Assembly: GCA_036172245.1 (NCBI GenBank)
Contig: JAYWIR010000032.1
Span: forward strand, 496,001 to 560,000
Direction: 5' to 3'
DNA: 64,000 bases
Source of the DNA: Raillietiella orientalis
Taxonomy: Eukaryota
This document shows, piece by piece, positions 38,273 through 49,899 of this stretch; position 1 is the first letter of the stretch, and every line of letters begins with the position of its first letter. Under the pieces are notes generated by a model. That model searched no databases. It saw only the letters and a program-made list of their open reading frames with translations, and was not told where the DNA came from. The position numbers and the translations under genes are program-made.

Positions 38273-39450
38273 TATAAATGAATATTACTCTTCTCTTTCT
38301 GACCGCTGCCCTCCGGGCTTGCATCTATTGCTTGGGGTTTGAGACGCCATCAGGTAGGGATCCCAGCTCAGTCAGTACATGTCACGGCTGCAGCGGATAA
38401 ACGATAAAACCATGAGTTGTCACACCTTGATTGCTCTTTGGCAGCACTACTTCTGGTTGTAGGTTGGATCCCACCAATGTCAGGGACGCATCGGTTGGCT
38501 GACATCACAGGCCATTCAGCAGTCTTGGATGCGGCATGTTTCAATTTCTCGACACTTGCGGCATGCTCAGCAGTGTACAGAGATAAGTGCCTCGTGCAAT
38601 GATTCATTATGTAAGGCAGCGTCTCATCCCAGGAAACACGTCGTCGGCGGGAACGGTCCTCTTCTTGTAGCTCCCGTACGGCAATCGTCAAGCTCCATTT
38701 GTCCGGTGAAGTCCTACTCGGCACATGGGTTTTCATCAGTTCAGGTGATTCTTGATCGAAGATTGCAAGCTGCAGTGCAGAGGTGAATTTTCTTCGCAGT
38801 GACGCTTGAAAAAGAAGGTGCTTTGGATCCGTCTATCATTCCAGATCGCGGCCATAAATTTCGTGATGGACAGCTGTCTTAATGCTCCTGGCTTCGCCTA
38901 CACCAGCCGTACATGGAATTCATCACAAAGAACTCCACACTCGGTGTTCAAAGGACGAGTTCTGATGAATCCTTGTTCTGAAGATTCAAGAGGACATCGA
39001 GAGCACCTGGTAGAGCTGAGGTGACCTGGACCTTATCTCAGAGAGAACAGAAAACGATTGACGGGAACAGAACGCCTGACCTTAACATTAGGAGGAAAGA
39101 AACATGGCTCGTTGCATTGCTGCGAACGCTGCAATGCAACGAGCCATGGGGCTGTGCCTGATAAACGAAAACAGTAAGGTAAGGCGGACTCATCTCATGA
39201 GTTGGGCTGTATCATCTCATGGAAAGGAAGAGCCTTCTCTTCCTTTTCATCGGAGGGCATTTGAAGCTCAAAGACTGCTAGGACATCGTCAACATAGCGC
39301 CCCACACAAACCACGCCTTCCTGGGACAGCGTGGATCTAATGTGCCGAAGGTGCGCAGCGTGGAAGCGGGAAGCAGCACAGATTTCATAGAAACGTCTGC
39401 TGCCGGACAACGGAGGCATCCGGTTTCCGGCCTCTACCAACGTCCTACCC

Positions 39451-40154
39451 TTAAAGTATCAGGAGTCGCCGCTGCTGCTGCTGCACTGGGGCCTCCCTTG
39501 CAGCGCCCGCCGGCATCAGTGGATACGGGGAGAGGGGGTGGATCCAAACTGCGCAAGGTGCAGGAAGCGGGAATCACTCCCTCACCACTTTGTGGACTGT
39601 GTTGCCCTCCGGCCCCTCTGGGGACTCTTTGCCGCGACCCTTGGAACCAACGGCGGCAATGCCAGAGACGTTTGAAAACTCCTCTTCCTGAGCGACGCCC
39701 TCACGCCGGCAGACCGCAGTTCGATCAGCACTTTGCTGCCCAGGCAGCAGGACCGTGGCTGCACGGAGCAACGCCAGAGGAGGCCAGGACGACAGGAATG
39801 CCAGCCATCTATTTTACTGTACTCTTCATGAGGATGGCATCAAGATGGCCCCATCTGGGAGTCTTGAAACAGGAACTTGCGGCATCCTTACGAAGATGCA
39901 GAGGACACTCTCCAGCACCCAGTGATCCCTTCCCGAACCCGCCATCCCATTTTTTTGACTGTATATTTTGTGTTTTGTTTTTTTCTTTTTGTTTGTTCTG
40001 CCTTCCCTTGTACCGCCGAGGCGAACCCCGCCGGCCTGCGTACCAGATCCCGGCAGGTTTCTTCTGGTAGTTGTAAGTAACGTGGCAGGTTCAAACGTCC
40101 TGCCACAGTCGTGTACGTTTATTTTATAAATGAATGTCCTGGCGTGACCGGGTG
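39451..40154 (+). mobile_element. 5'-truncated L1/Tx1-like LINE, copy C, flanked by SINE remnants (39405-39450, 40155-40210)
   Basis: Long near-identical stretches with copy A (YFTVLFMRMASRWPHLGVLKQELA); GTGACCGGGTG end; TSD tctaccaacgtcctaccc / tcaaccagcgccgtaccc. Confidence 0.8.
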
Positions 40155-40734
40155 TCAACCAGCGCCGTACCCGAAGTCTGTACTATCCTGCGAAGGGGAC
40201 TGGAAACCCCTTAATCGGCCTCGATTCTTTATTTTCACCCAGTCACGCCGGAACAGTTGAAAATTGGAAATTGGAAAAAAAAATATTTACAAAAAAAAAA
40301 ACAGTCGCATAAAATATAAAAAAAACGTCTTCTCAGTGGTTTTAAATGACCACTACGAAGAAAAATGCCTCGGAGGCGCTGCCTCTCGTGAGCAGCTCTT
40401 TTGATGAGGTCCGCACAGAAGTGGGGAAAGGGGTAAACAAAAACAAAAAGCAAAACTCAAAAGAAAACACGAAAGTAGAGTTTATAAAATGTGTTAGAGA
40501 GGGAAAGGAAGGGATCATAGATTACTCCCTGGTGTCCTTGGCAAACCCTGGAAGATGTTGGCAACTTCCACGTTTTGCTGGCAGAGACGTGACCATCTTG
40601 TCGCCTTCCTCACGAAGTAGCAGACGGTTCGGGATGACCTCACTGTTCGACTGGCCTCTTTCGGCGCGACCACTTCTCGCCGCCACCATCCCTGCGAAGG
40701 CAGCACGGAGCTGCAAGGGAAGCTGCAGCCAATC

Positions 40735-40772
40735 CTCCAAGCGGAGATTCGAACCCGCGACGCTTGGCACTG
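40735..40772 (-). mobile_element. Isolated SINE head fragment
   Basis: gattcgaacccgcgacgcttggcac matches 25803-25826. Confidence 0.6.
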
Positions 40773-42739
40773 GGCTACGAAAATTTCACGGAATGAGGTT
40801 TGTCATGATGGCTGGCGGAAAGCCACTGGCATCCTGCTGTTCGTCGACGAGTGGGTGTCGGTCAAACGCGGTTTCTGCACCGAAGACCTCACCTGGACGC
40901 CTACCTTGAGGTTTCCTCAGTTCGAGAGTATGAAAGAGAATTCGGACAAGGCGTCGAATGGAACAGCTCATTTGACTCTGATGCGACGTGAGTATCTGCA
41001 GAGCATTTGCTGTTCCTATCTCTTGAAAGGTGGCAACAGTTTTAGGTAGCCCCCTACGGAGCAATCTTCTTGATGTTCCTGCTTTTATTGGTGAGAAAGC
41101 AAAGACTGCATGTTGAGGCGAAAAGTGAAAGACCTTTCCATCCGACCAAGAAGCACCTCCAGGGGTGACGAATGCTTGATTGGGATTTCTTTTTGCCCGT
41201 GCAAATTCAGGGAAACACCTCGGCGGCATTGGGCAAGTCGGAAGGGGTCTCTCATCCACAGCGGTTGGAGCAGCATCTTAGGCTGGAGTTTTGCTAATCG
41301 AAGACGTGCACCAGCACGCCCGAAGACTTGGAATGCTTCGTGAAACACAGGAAAGCACGCAAGAGGTCTGTTTGTCCACACTTGCAGGGTCTTCACAGGG
41401 CGGTTTTTCCAATCGACAGAAGAAAGTCGTCCACTGGTCCTTTCTCGTTGACTCCATAACAGTGAAACGGTATCAGCGCACCCTCCAAGCTTGCATTTCC
41501 AAGAGTTGTTCCCAAATCAGGAGTGATGAAGACCACGAACGTTGGTCTCGCGTGGCAGCGAAGGAAAACGCAAAGCGAAACTCTCGAGCGATGGAGCTGC
41601 CATTCAAAGAACAGGTGCAGAGTTTAGAGCCGCATCAGAGGAAAAGGGGGGACCCTTCGCGCTCATTCGATTAGCTGGTCGAAGAGGCCCGCTTCGCTTA
41701 TGGGAAAGTGTATGCAAATTTAGGGCCTTTTCGAATCAGACGATGTCCTTCTTGCTGACACGGTTTCGGAGGGAGGCGAAACAGCTTTCTTAAGCAGCGG
41801 GCCATGGGCGCGAGGGATTTTCGAGAGAGCGAGCCAGAGGCAGGCGGTCGCCTCGCGCGCAGCCCTCGTTTCCGCCATCTTCCCAAGTTGCAGCGCGGCC
41901 CACTGACGAACAGGGAGGGTGCGCTCGTACACGTGCGGTACATGGAAGCCGCCTGCCTTGTACAAAGCGAATTCGCCGCAATCGTGACGCTCGTGCGTCG
42001 CGCACAGCCTTTTTGTGTAAAGGAGTGTCTTCGGGGCACGCTGCAGCTGCTGTTTTTATCCCTGAGGAGGGATTCGCCACACAAGGAGTGCGGTGGCGAA
42101 GCTGGTGAGATCGACTGTAAAACTGCAACGCCTCGGTGTCATCTACTGAAGTCACCGATGCCGTCAACACTGGTGAAAGGTGGCGTCGGCGATACTTTCT
42201 GCGTGTTGACGCACGCGCAGGGTTCTCGAAGGGTGGAGTCCGCTGCCTACTTGGCACTCCGGAACGGATCTCCGATGCTGCGGGCAGGGCCACAGTTCTT
42301 TGCGTTCATCGCTGCTCTGGGAGAGGGCGGAGGGGGGGGGAGGGTTGTGAAGAAACGAGTTTGCCGAGGTTTGCGAGGGTCCGAGGAGCTGGGAAGGGAT
42401 CGGTTGAGATTCATACTCACCCGCTCCTGCGAGAATCGAAGGTCGGCTCTTCCCGGAGAGCTGGCTCTTTATCCGTCGGGCGGCGCTGCGAGCGGCAACA
42501 CACAGAGAGAGGGAGGGGAGGCGCTCGACGGCTTTGCGTCGCGGAGCAAAGGATGTCGTCCGAGCTCACGCGCGTGCGAACGCCTGCGTCACGGCTCCAA
42601 AAGATCCGACACGCAAAAAAAAAAAAAAAGAAAGAAAGAAGAAACGCTGCCTCATCACCAGTTCTGTCTTCCAGATCGCGATCCGTGATTTGTCGACGCG
42701 GGAAAACGACCCGTAGAGGAGGCAGGGCGAAACTACCGC

Positions 42740-43400
42740 GGGACGCGATGAAGGTGTGGCTTGTGCGGCGAGAGGCGAGCAGCGCGGCTATCTCTTCCCT
42801 GTCCAGCGATGCTCGCCGCCGGGTTCGGTCGCCTCGGCTCCCCGGTTTCGCCTGACGAGAAACACCGGTCGACTCTTCTTTCGTTCTCGAGAGGCTGCAA
42901 CGGAGGGGCCCTCGGATGAAGCTCGTTTTCGCAGGAGAGAGGTCCGGGTGGCGAGCCCTATTGGCCACCTACCACGAGGCTGGAAACCTCCAAGACATTG
43001 ATTTGCGAAACGGAACGACTTTGGGCTGCTTCCGGAGTTGCTATGGAGGCGTCGGGGACTTGTGCAAGGGAGCGCCTCGATCCTCGTGGGCGGTTTAGCT
43101 GCTGCTCGGCACGGAGGATGTTCCCCTCGTAGGGAGTCGTCTCCTAAGAGACGGACGAGTTATCGGAGGAGACCGAGGCACTGCTGCTGCTGATTCTCAT
43201 CGGGCAGCTGGTGACTCAACCAGCTGCGGGCTTTGAGGTCCTCTCTTGCCCAGAACCCGGGAACAGACTCGGGATCTCTCTCTTTGACGGCAGTCGGAAG
43301 CTCTCAAGAGTGTCCCGGGTTCTCGGAGGATGCCGATCGGTTAATGGGGTTCAGCGATGCGCGGTAGCCAGCTTCCAGTCTCGAAGCGCAATCTCCCGAA
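42740..43400 (+). mobile_element. Possible decayed non-LTR RT remnant in a GC-rich block
   Basis: AAISSLSSDARR, PGFA*RETPVDSSFVL, GLVQGS appear in RT domain order; weak similarity. Confidence 0.3.
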
Positions 43401-44766
43401 AGGGGACCAGAAGGCGAAGGAACCGGTGCTTCGCTCGTCCTCGGGAGAAGGGAGGAAGGACGAAGAAAGACGCCCTCGTTTTTTATTCTTTTTTTTCGCG
43501 AACGCGGAAGGAGGGAGCAGGAGGAAACAGATGTCCGCCGGTCCGTTGGCCAGAATTCTTGACGCAAGAACGCCGCATTTTCCGCTCGGTCCCCGTCTAG
43601 CCGTCTGACCGAGGGATGACCGGGAAGTCTCAGTCTCAGTCTCAGAGCTCCCCTGCTGCCGCTCGCTTTGCTCTCAGCCCACTCGTCCGGGAGCCGCTAC
43701 CCTGGATTCGGAGACCCTTCCTCGGTCGAAGGTGGCGCACCTCCGAAGAAAAGATGGCAGCTGCCTCGTTCCAATGCAGGCAGTCGCGTCGCGCGGCCCG
43801 AAACCACAAGGTGAAGAGGCGCCATCCATTAACTGGGAGGGCCGGAGCAGTCTATCGATAGGAGTGAAAGTCGAGCTCGCTGGACGGCGGCGGTGTCCCG
43901 GGAGCCAGGCCGGCGACCCCACGCCGATTCAAATCGTTCGGAAAAATTGACGGGCCCTGCGGACCATGAACTCGTGAGGTACATCGCGGCTTCCTATCAA
44001 ATCTCATCGAGTCATCCGTTCGAGTTCGAGTCCATCGACTTGGAGGACGGATGGGAACGTCTTCTGCTTTGATCGAGTTCAATAGCGGAGAACCGCCCCA
44101 TAGAAGACAGCAGCCACGCCGGTTCCTATTTATTTTTTTCCTACCCAAGACGAGGTTTGAGCACTGGCCAAAGAGAGGCTACTGACCGCTGCACATTCAC
44201 GTAAGACATTCAAACCTCGAACAGAACGGTACGAAATGAGCCGAAAGACAGAGCAGATGCATGCGCTCACTGGAGTGAAAGGATGGAGATGGGTCAACCC
44301 TGATGTCAATTTCAAGAGTTATCCGAATCCGCAAACGAAACGCAGATGCGGATAGGCGAGGACATGACAGCTCAAAACATCCCCAGCGAGTTTGTGGTGA
44401 GAGTCGGCAGCAACCAAGCTAGCGAAGGTTCTTTTCATATCCCCGGCGGTTTGCGGCCGCTAGGTAACCGCCAAAAGCTCTTGATTCTATTCTTGAAGCT
44501 GCGTTCCTCTCTTTCTTTGCCATGTCGCACTGCTATATTCTATTTTTTTCCCTTCTGTGTCCTATTCTAAGTCTTTGTATCCTTTCTTTGGTGCATCGTT
44601 CTTCTATTCTGATGAGGTGTATGAACGCCTCACGGTTCAACCACTTGCACTTACGCTGCTAGACTTGCCATCTTCCCGACTGCGATCGGATTAGCAGCCA
44701 GATCCGTGCCGCGCAATCTTAGCTGCCCAGAAACCGTCTCGGTTTCCTTCTCTTGAATGAAACACC

Positions 44767-45388
44767 GAGTGCTCAAGAACTGTTCGTCTGGGGACTCACG
44801 AAGCTCTCCAGCACTCTTTCAAGCCATTCGAGGGTGTGTTGACTCCTTTGAGTTGGGGGGGGGGGAGTACCTCCATAGGAGAAGAAGGTACCTCCATAGA
44901 AAAAGGTTGTGGAGAAAGGAGTCCTTTCCTCTTAAGCATGGGAGCAAGTCCCGAAGGGAACTCCAAAGGGTACCGCTCCCTGTTTTCTTCTCTGGAGAGA
45001 ACCCCGAAGGACGCTTCCAGATGTCTCTGAAGCACGCTTTTTGCACTCTGGAGAGGCAACTCCCGAAGAAGGTATCAACTGGCTCCTGGTACGCGGGGGC
45101 ACAACTCCACTTTCACAACCGGAGGGAACCACGACTCCTTGATTCCCGAAAGAACCACGGAAGGTCAACCTCCTGATCCCGGTCAGTCGACGGGAGCATC
45201 CTGTTCGCGCCTTCCACCAGTGACACACTCGAACAGGTCAACCAGCATCACCCTGCGGGGGGTACTCAGCGACTCCGACACGCCCATTTCCCGGAGTCCA
45301 TCCACCCTTCCCTTGGGTGAAATTCGAACCTGCAGAGCTCGATGCCACGCGCGGAGACTTCAGCAGCCACACAGCCGCCAACACAGGC
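44767..45388 (-). mobile_element. SINE copy, near full length, empty target site
   Basis: gagtgctcaagaactgttcg 3' end, body matches 25032-25869, head aattcgaacctgc; target at 45213-45230. Confidence 0.78.
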
Positions 45389-45959
45389 GTGAAACTCCAA
45401 TCCGCATTCCTAAATGCCAGACATCCCAACCGCTTCGCGGGCCCAATCATCTCTTCAGAGATTCTCCTGAAAGAACCAGAAGCCAAGGACTCCATCCTGG
45501 TCCTTCCTTTCCTCCTTGTCCCTTCTTCCACTTCTTCCCTCCATTGCTCTCAATGTGCCTGCCCGAACGCCGTCTGCGGTTCGCTCCTCACGTGTGATGT
45601 CGAGGGCGGCAGAAGCGACAGTCGATACCCGGCCGTGGCTGAGAGACGCAGAGTTCAGTCTTCGGCTCTTTAGCGGGAGTGTTTCAAGGTGTCTTCCGCC
45701 ATCGAATCACTCCTCTTTCCTCTCACTGAGCGCGCGGCAAAGAGCACGGGAATAGTATTCAGCCACCGTAGGATACAGAGAAGAAACGGAATAGAATGGA
45801 CAGGATGTGGCAAGAAATAGCATGGAAAAGAACAGGAGAATTCCTCAAGAATAGAGTGTGGCAAAAGAAATCAGAAATAGAGAGCGAGAGAGAAAAACAG
45901 ATAAAATACAACAGGGAAAGAATGGAAGAATGCCATTGCAGCAATAGAATCGGGAGAGT

Positions 45960-46260
45960 TGGAACGTGCCGACTGCCCGTGTCTTGAACTTGGTCATTGT
46001 GTTGCTCGAAGCGAGAACTCTTGGGATCGGAGGATGGGACGGATCGCTCCAGAAGGAAAAGTGTCAGCGTTCGAGACGCCCTCTGAGGTGCGAAGCGCTC
46101 GTAGAGGAACGGACAGAGAATTTCGGATAGGAGGGTAACTTTCTCCTTCCAGAAGAATGTCTGGAAATGGGAACGGCCGTCGGAGAACCGAAGCCGAGGC
46201 TTCCGCAAGAGAGCAGGCAGCACCGCGGCTCTCAACTTCCTGAGGCAGTCGCGCACCGGT
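45960..46260 (-). mobile_element. Non-LTR RT N-terminal (domain 0-1) remnant
   Basis: SDGRSHFQTFFWKEKVTLLSEILCPFLY (PGxDG..FF) and SDPKSSR...SNTMTKF (RPISLxNxxxK). Confidence 0.45.
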
Positions 46261-46864
46261 CCAGCTCGCGGTCATGCTCACCGGTGAGCCGGCCCTAGAG
46301 AGCATCTTCTGAGTGGCCGGTGGCGGTTCGCGCGCGTCGGCCCCGGCGGGTCGGGGAAAGAGAGGCCCCTTCGTCTGGAGACTCGCGACAGAAAAGCGTT
46401 CTCGAGAAGGGGAGTGGCCCACTTGTTTGCTTGGGAGTCGCAGGATGGGCAACCGCCACCTCCACCAGCGCAATGAAAGGAGGAGGAGGAGGATGGCGGC
46501 GACGAAAACAAGAGAAAAGCGAGCGGAAGAGCAGCTTCTTCTCTCTTTGCAGTCTGAGGCTGAGGTCGCGCGCCGACGTTACTCCCGCCTTTGCCGCCGG
46601 GCGATCCCCCAGAGAAGCGGCAAGAGTCACGGCCTGAGGTCCGCACTCGCGGGAAAGGCTTCCAGGTTGGGAATGTGAGGAAGAGAGAACGCGTCCAGGA
46701 GGGAGAGCAGCACCAAAAGAGCCGCATGGGTCAAACGACCACATACGAGGCGGGGCACGGGTGATAGGAAGCCCGAGACAAAAACGTCCGAGGTCCGTAA
46801 GAGGCTTCAGCGACCTCAGCAAATAGAAGAGGAGGAGATCCGGAAGATTTGAGGTCCTCCGAAG

Positions 46865-46990
46865 CGCTTTTCGTCCTTCTTCTTCCCTTTTCTTCCTCAT
46901 TTCTTCCTCGTCCCTTCCTCTCCATCCTTCCTTCCTCCTCTTCCTTTCCTCTTTCTCCTTCCCATTTCTTCCTCCCTTCCTCCTCCTTGC
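46865..46990. repeat. CT-rich low-complexity tract (similar tracts at 48185-48355 and 49735-49855)
   Basis: ttc/cct repeats. Confidence 0.7.
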
Positions 46991-47399
46991 ACCTGTGCTT
47001 CACCTACCCGAACATCACCCGTTGCGCTGAGTTTGCCTCTTTCCTAATAAATGGATAAAAGGAGACGGGAAACCTCAGGCTACTCCAGATTCCGGGTTCC
47101 TGGCAGCGACCAACAGAGGTCCTTCTTCCCTTTTCCCGGAGGGACGTCTACAGCTCTCTCTTAGCAATCCCCGGACTGCGGACTGTCGGAGGGTTCGTAC
47201 CCGATTGAGCGCATTCCTTCCTGCCTTCTTCCGATGAGGAAAGGACACCCGCCGGCTAGTTGGTTGCAGCAGTCTTTCTCGGGACTACGGGAGGCAGCTC
47301 TACCGGGAGAGTTCCGTATCGAAGGGCATCGCGGAGCGGTCGGAGCGGGCCTCCCTCGAAGGGCGACCTCATGTCCGCAGAGCACTCCAGTCGCTATGA

Positions 47400-48100
47400 G
47401 TCAACGCTACCGGGACGCCCCGAAAGCGAAAGTCTCTTACGTCGCCCTTGGAAAACGACAGGTGGCATCCATTGGGTTGGGATGCTGGGTCCCCTCCGGC
47501 CGCTTCCAGACCCCTTGCAAAGGAGGCGCGAGGATGGAGACCTTTCCCCCTTCCAGTCTTCCACCCCACGCATCCAGGAGGTCGAACCCCCCCCTCCACC
47601 GCCTTCCTATCCCGCTACGGTTCCGAGAGGACGGAGAAGGGAAGGAACGCGGGAGCGGCGAGGATGGGAGGGAAGCGGAGATCGTTCAAAGGGATAGGGG
47701 GAGGCTGACGATGAGGGAGGAGAACGTTCTTCCGTTCCGGGGCTGAAGATGCCCTGAGCGCGACTCCTTCAGGAAAGGGAGGCTGGACGCTCATCGCGTG
47801 TCTTTGGAGAAGCAGTACTGTGCAGGACCGCTTCAGGGCCACTCCCTCGAGCAGGCGTTCCCAAATCTCCACCTCCTGCCTCTACAAGAAGGAAAACAAG
47901 AGTTCGTGGGGGAGGCAGTAGCACACACAGCAAGGCACAGCTTCCAGCTGCCACCTGCGTGCCCCGTTGTCACAAGGAGGAGCTCAGCAGGACGAAAATG
48001 GAGGATACAGAGTGGAGGATGCCGTGGAGCAGCAGCCCGTCCGGAGGTCTCCCGGAGCTGCCGTCGGTTCTTCGTCCATCCCTGAGGTCTCGCTTTCCAT
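47400..48100 (+). mobile_element. L1/Tx1-like ORF1 (gag knuckle) to endonuclease-start remnant; inverted homolog of 52400-52700
   Basis: 47440-47550 is a close reverse complement of 52590-52697; downstream LPLQEG and SGGCRGAA resemble APE motifs. Confidence 0.45.
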
Positions 48101-49899
48101 CTCAACTCCCCTCCAAAAGACGACTTCCGGTTTGCACGGATCCCTCTCCCGGTTTCGCATGGACCACCGCAACTTCGGCAGGATCTTCCTTTTTTTCCTT
48201 TTTGCTCTCCATCTCCCAGATTCCTTCTTCTCCCTTCATCCATCTCCTCTTTCATCCTTCTTCCCCCCTATTCCTTCTCCTTTCCACCGCACTTCCTCCT
48301 CCCTTCTTCCTCCTTTTCTTCTCCCTCCGTCCTCCCCCTTTTGCTCCTCCCCCTCCGTGCTCCCGTCTGCGCCCGCGCACCCGAAGGCGAGGCGTGAGGC
48401 CGGTTTCCGTGAAATCGTGGATCGGACGCGCCACGGGGAGCGTCCAATCCTCCCTGCATCCTGTTGTTTTGTCTCGACGCGCCCAGAGCCACCAATAAAT
48501 TTTTCCTCCCGCCGCCTCCTCCAGGCAGAGCCCGACGTTTATTGCTTTTTGTTCTCCGCCAGCCCATTGTTCGCGCGTCCGCCGGGCAGGGCGGGTTCCC
48601 GGGCGACGGAGGAGCGTCCGCGAGCGATCCGCGGCGCCCGTCTCCCTGCGCCCGTCCGAACCCAGGAGAGGAAGGCGGCGGAGGGTGGAGTTCCCGCGGA
48701 GCTCCCGCTCGCTCGTGGGGGAAGGAGGCGGGGCGCACGGGCTCTCTCCCGGCCTCTCCCCCTTTCCGCGCTTCCAGGATAGGATTCACTTCGTGCTCTC
48801 CTTCCCTCCTACGGAATGGAGTGGGAGGGACGCCCACCGCCGCCGTCTGAAAGGGTGGGGACGTCCTCGCTACCGGGTAGGGTGGCCGAAGGGGGAGGGG
48901 GGAATCTGCCCTGTTCCCCCTCCCCTCTCCCCGTCCGCCGTGGCGGGTGCATCCAGACGGCTCGCGGGGTTTCCAGGTGCCCTGCCTCCGCGCGTTCTCT
49001 CGTGGTGCGGGGGAGGGGCGGACCTTTTAGGACCTGGAGGCGCTGCGCCGGCCGCTTCCGGAGCGTCGGCGTCCGCGTGTGCGGTCCTCCGGCTGCCGGG
49101 CGCGCGCGTCTCCCCGGAAACTGAGCGCGGCTCGCGCAGGTCAGCTGTACGCGCCGCTCCACCGTCCGAACTCCGTGTTCCCTCTCCTTCTTCCCGCCCT
49201 CGAGGGCGAGGCAAGAGGCGTCCTCGAGAGGCGCCCCACCCCTCGCGAGGACCGCATAAGGGTGCAACATTGGGCGGTAACCCCGTTCGATGAACTGCCT
49301 GTCCCCCACGAGCATGACAGGACTCATCTTTCAAAGCCGCGAGGCTGGCCGTCCCGGGCAGCTGGCGAAGAATGACTTCCTGTATACAAGTATCCTGGAA
49401 GATGGTCGGGACAAGACTACCCGATGCAGATTCTTCTTCAGCGGGCAGAGGAGGGGCGCCCCAGGCAGGAGAGCGTGTGCAGGGGAGGAAAAGTCCTCCG
49501 GAAGGCGACGTCTCCGGGCATGGCGATCAGAGGGAGGAAAGACGAGAAAGAGAGGGAGCTGAGACAGGAGAAATGAGATCATCTTTGCTTCTCCTTTTTC
49601 CTCTTTTTTGAGGCGGCTGCATCTCCTCATCACAGAACTCAACCGCGCCCTTCCATCCCCAAAGAATTCCTATTCTTCTCGGAAATCATGGTGCATGCGA
49701 ATAGGCGGAAGAGGATCGCATCTTTTCCCTTGTGCTCTTCTTCCATTCTTCTTCCTCCTCTTCTTCCTGTTCTTTTTCTTGTCTATGCCTCCAGCAGCTC
49801 TCACCTTCATCTTCACTTTCTTCTTTCCCCTTCTTCCATTCTCCATCCTCCTCTCCGCGTTCACTCGGTCTCAGGCCCTGCCACTCTCTGTGCTGCCGT

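Noticed and set aside
41804..42688. 294-aa ORF and overlapping ORFs
   Set aside because: GC-rich open frames on both strands with no domain signal.
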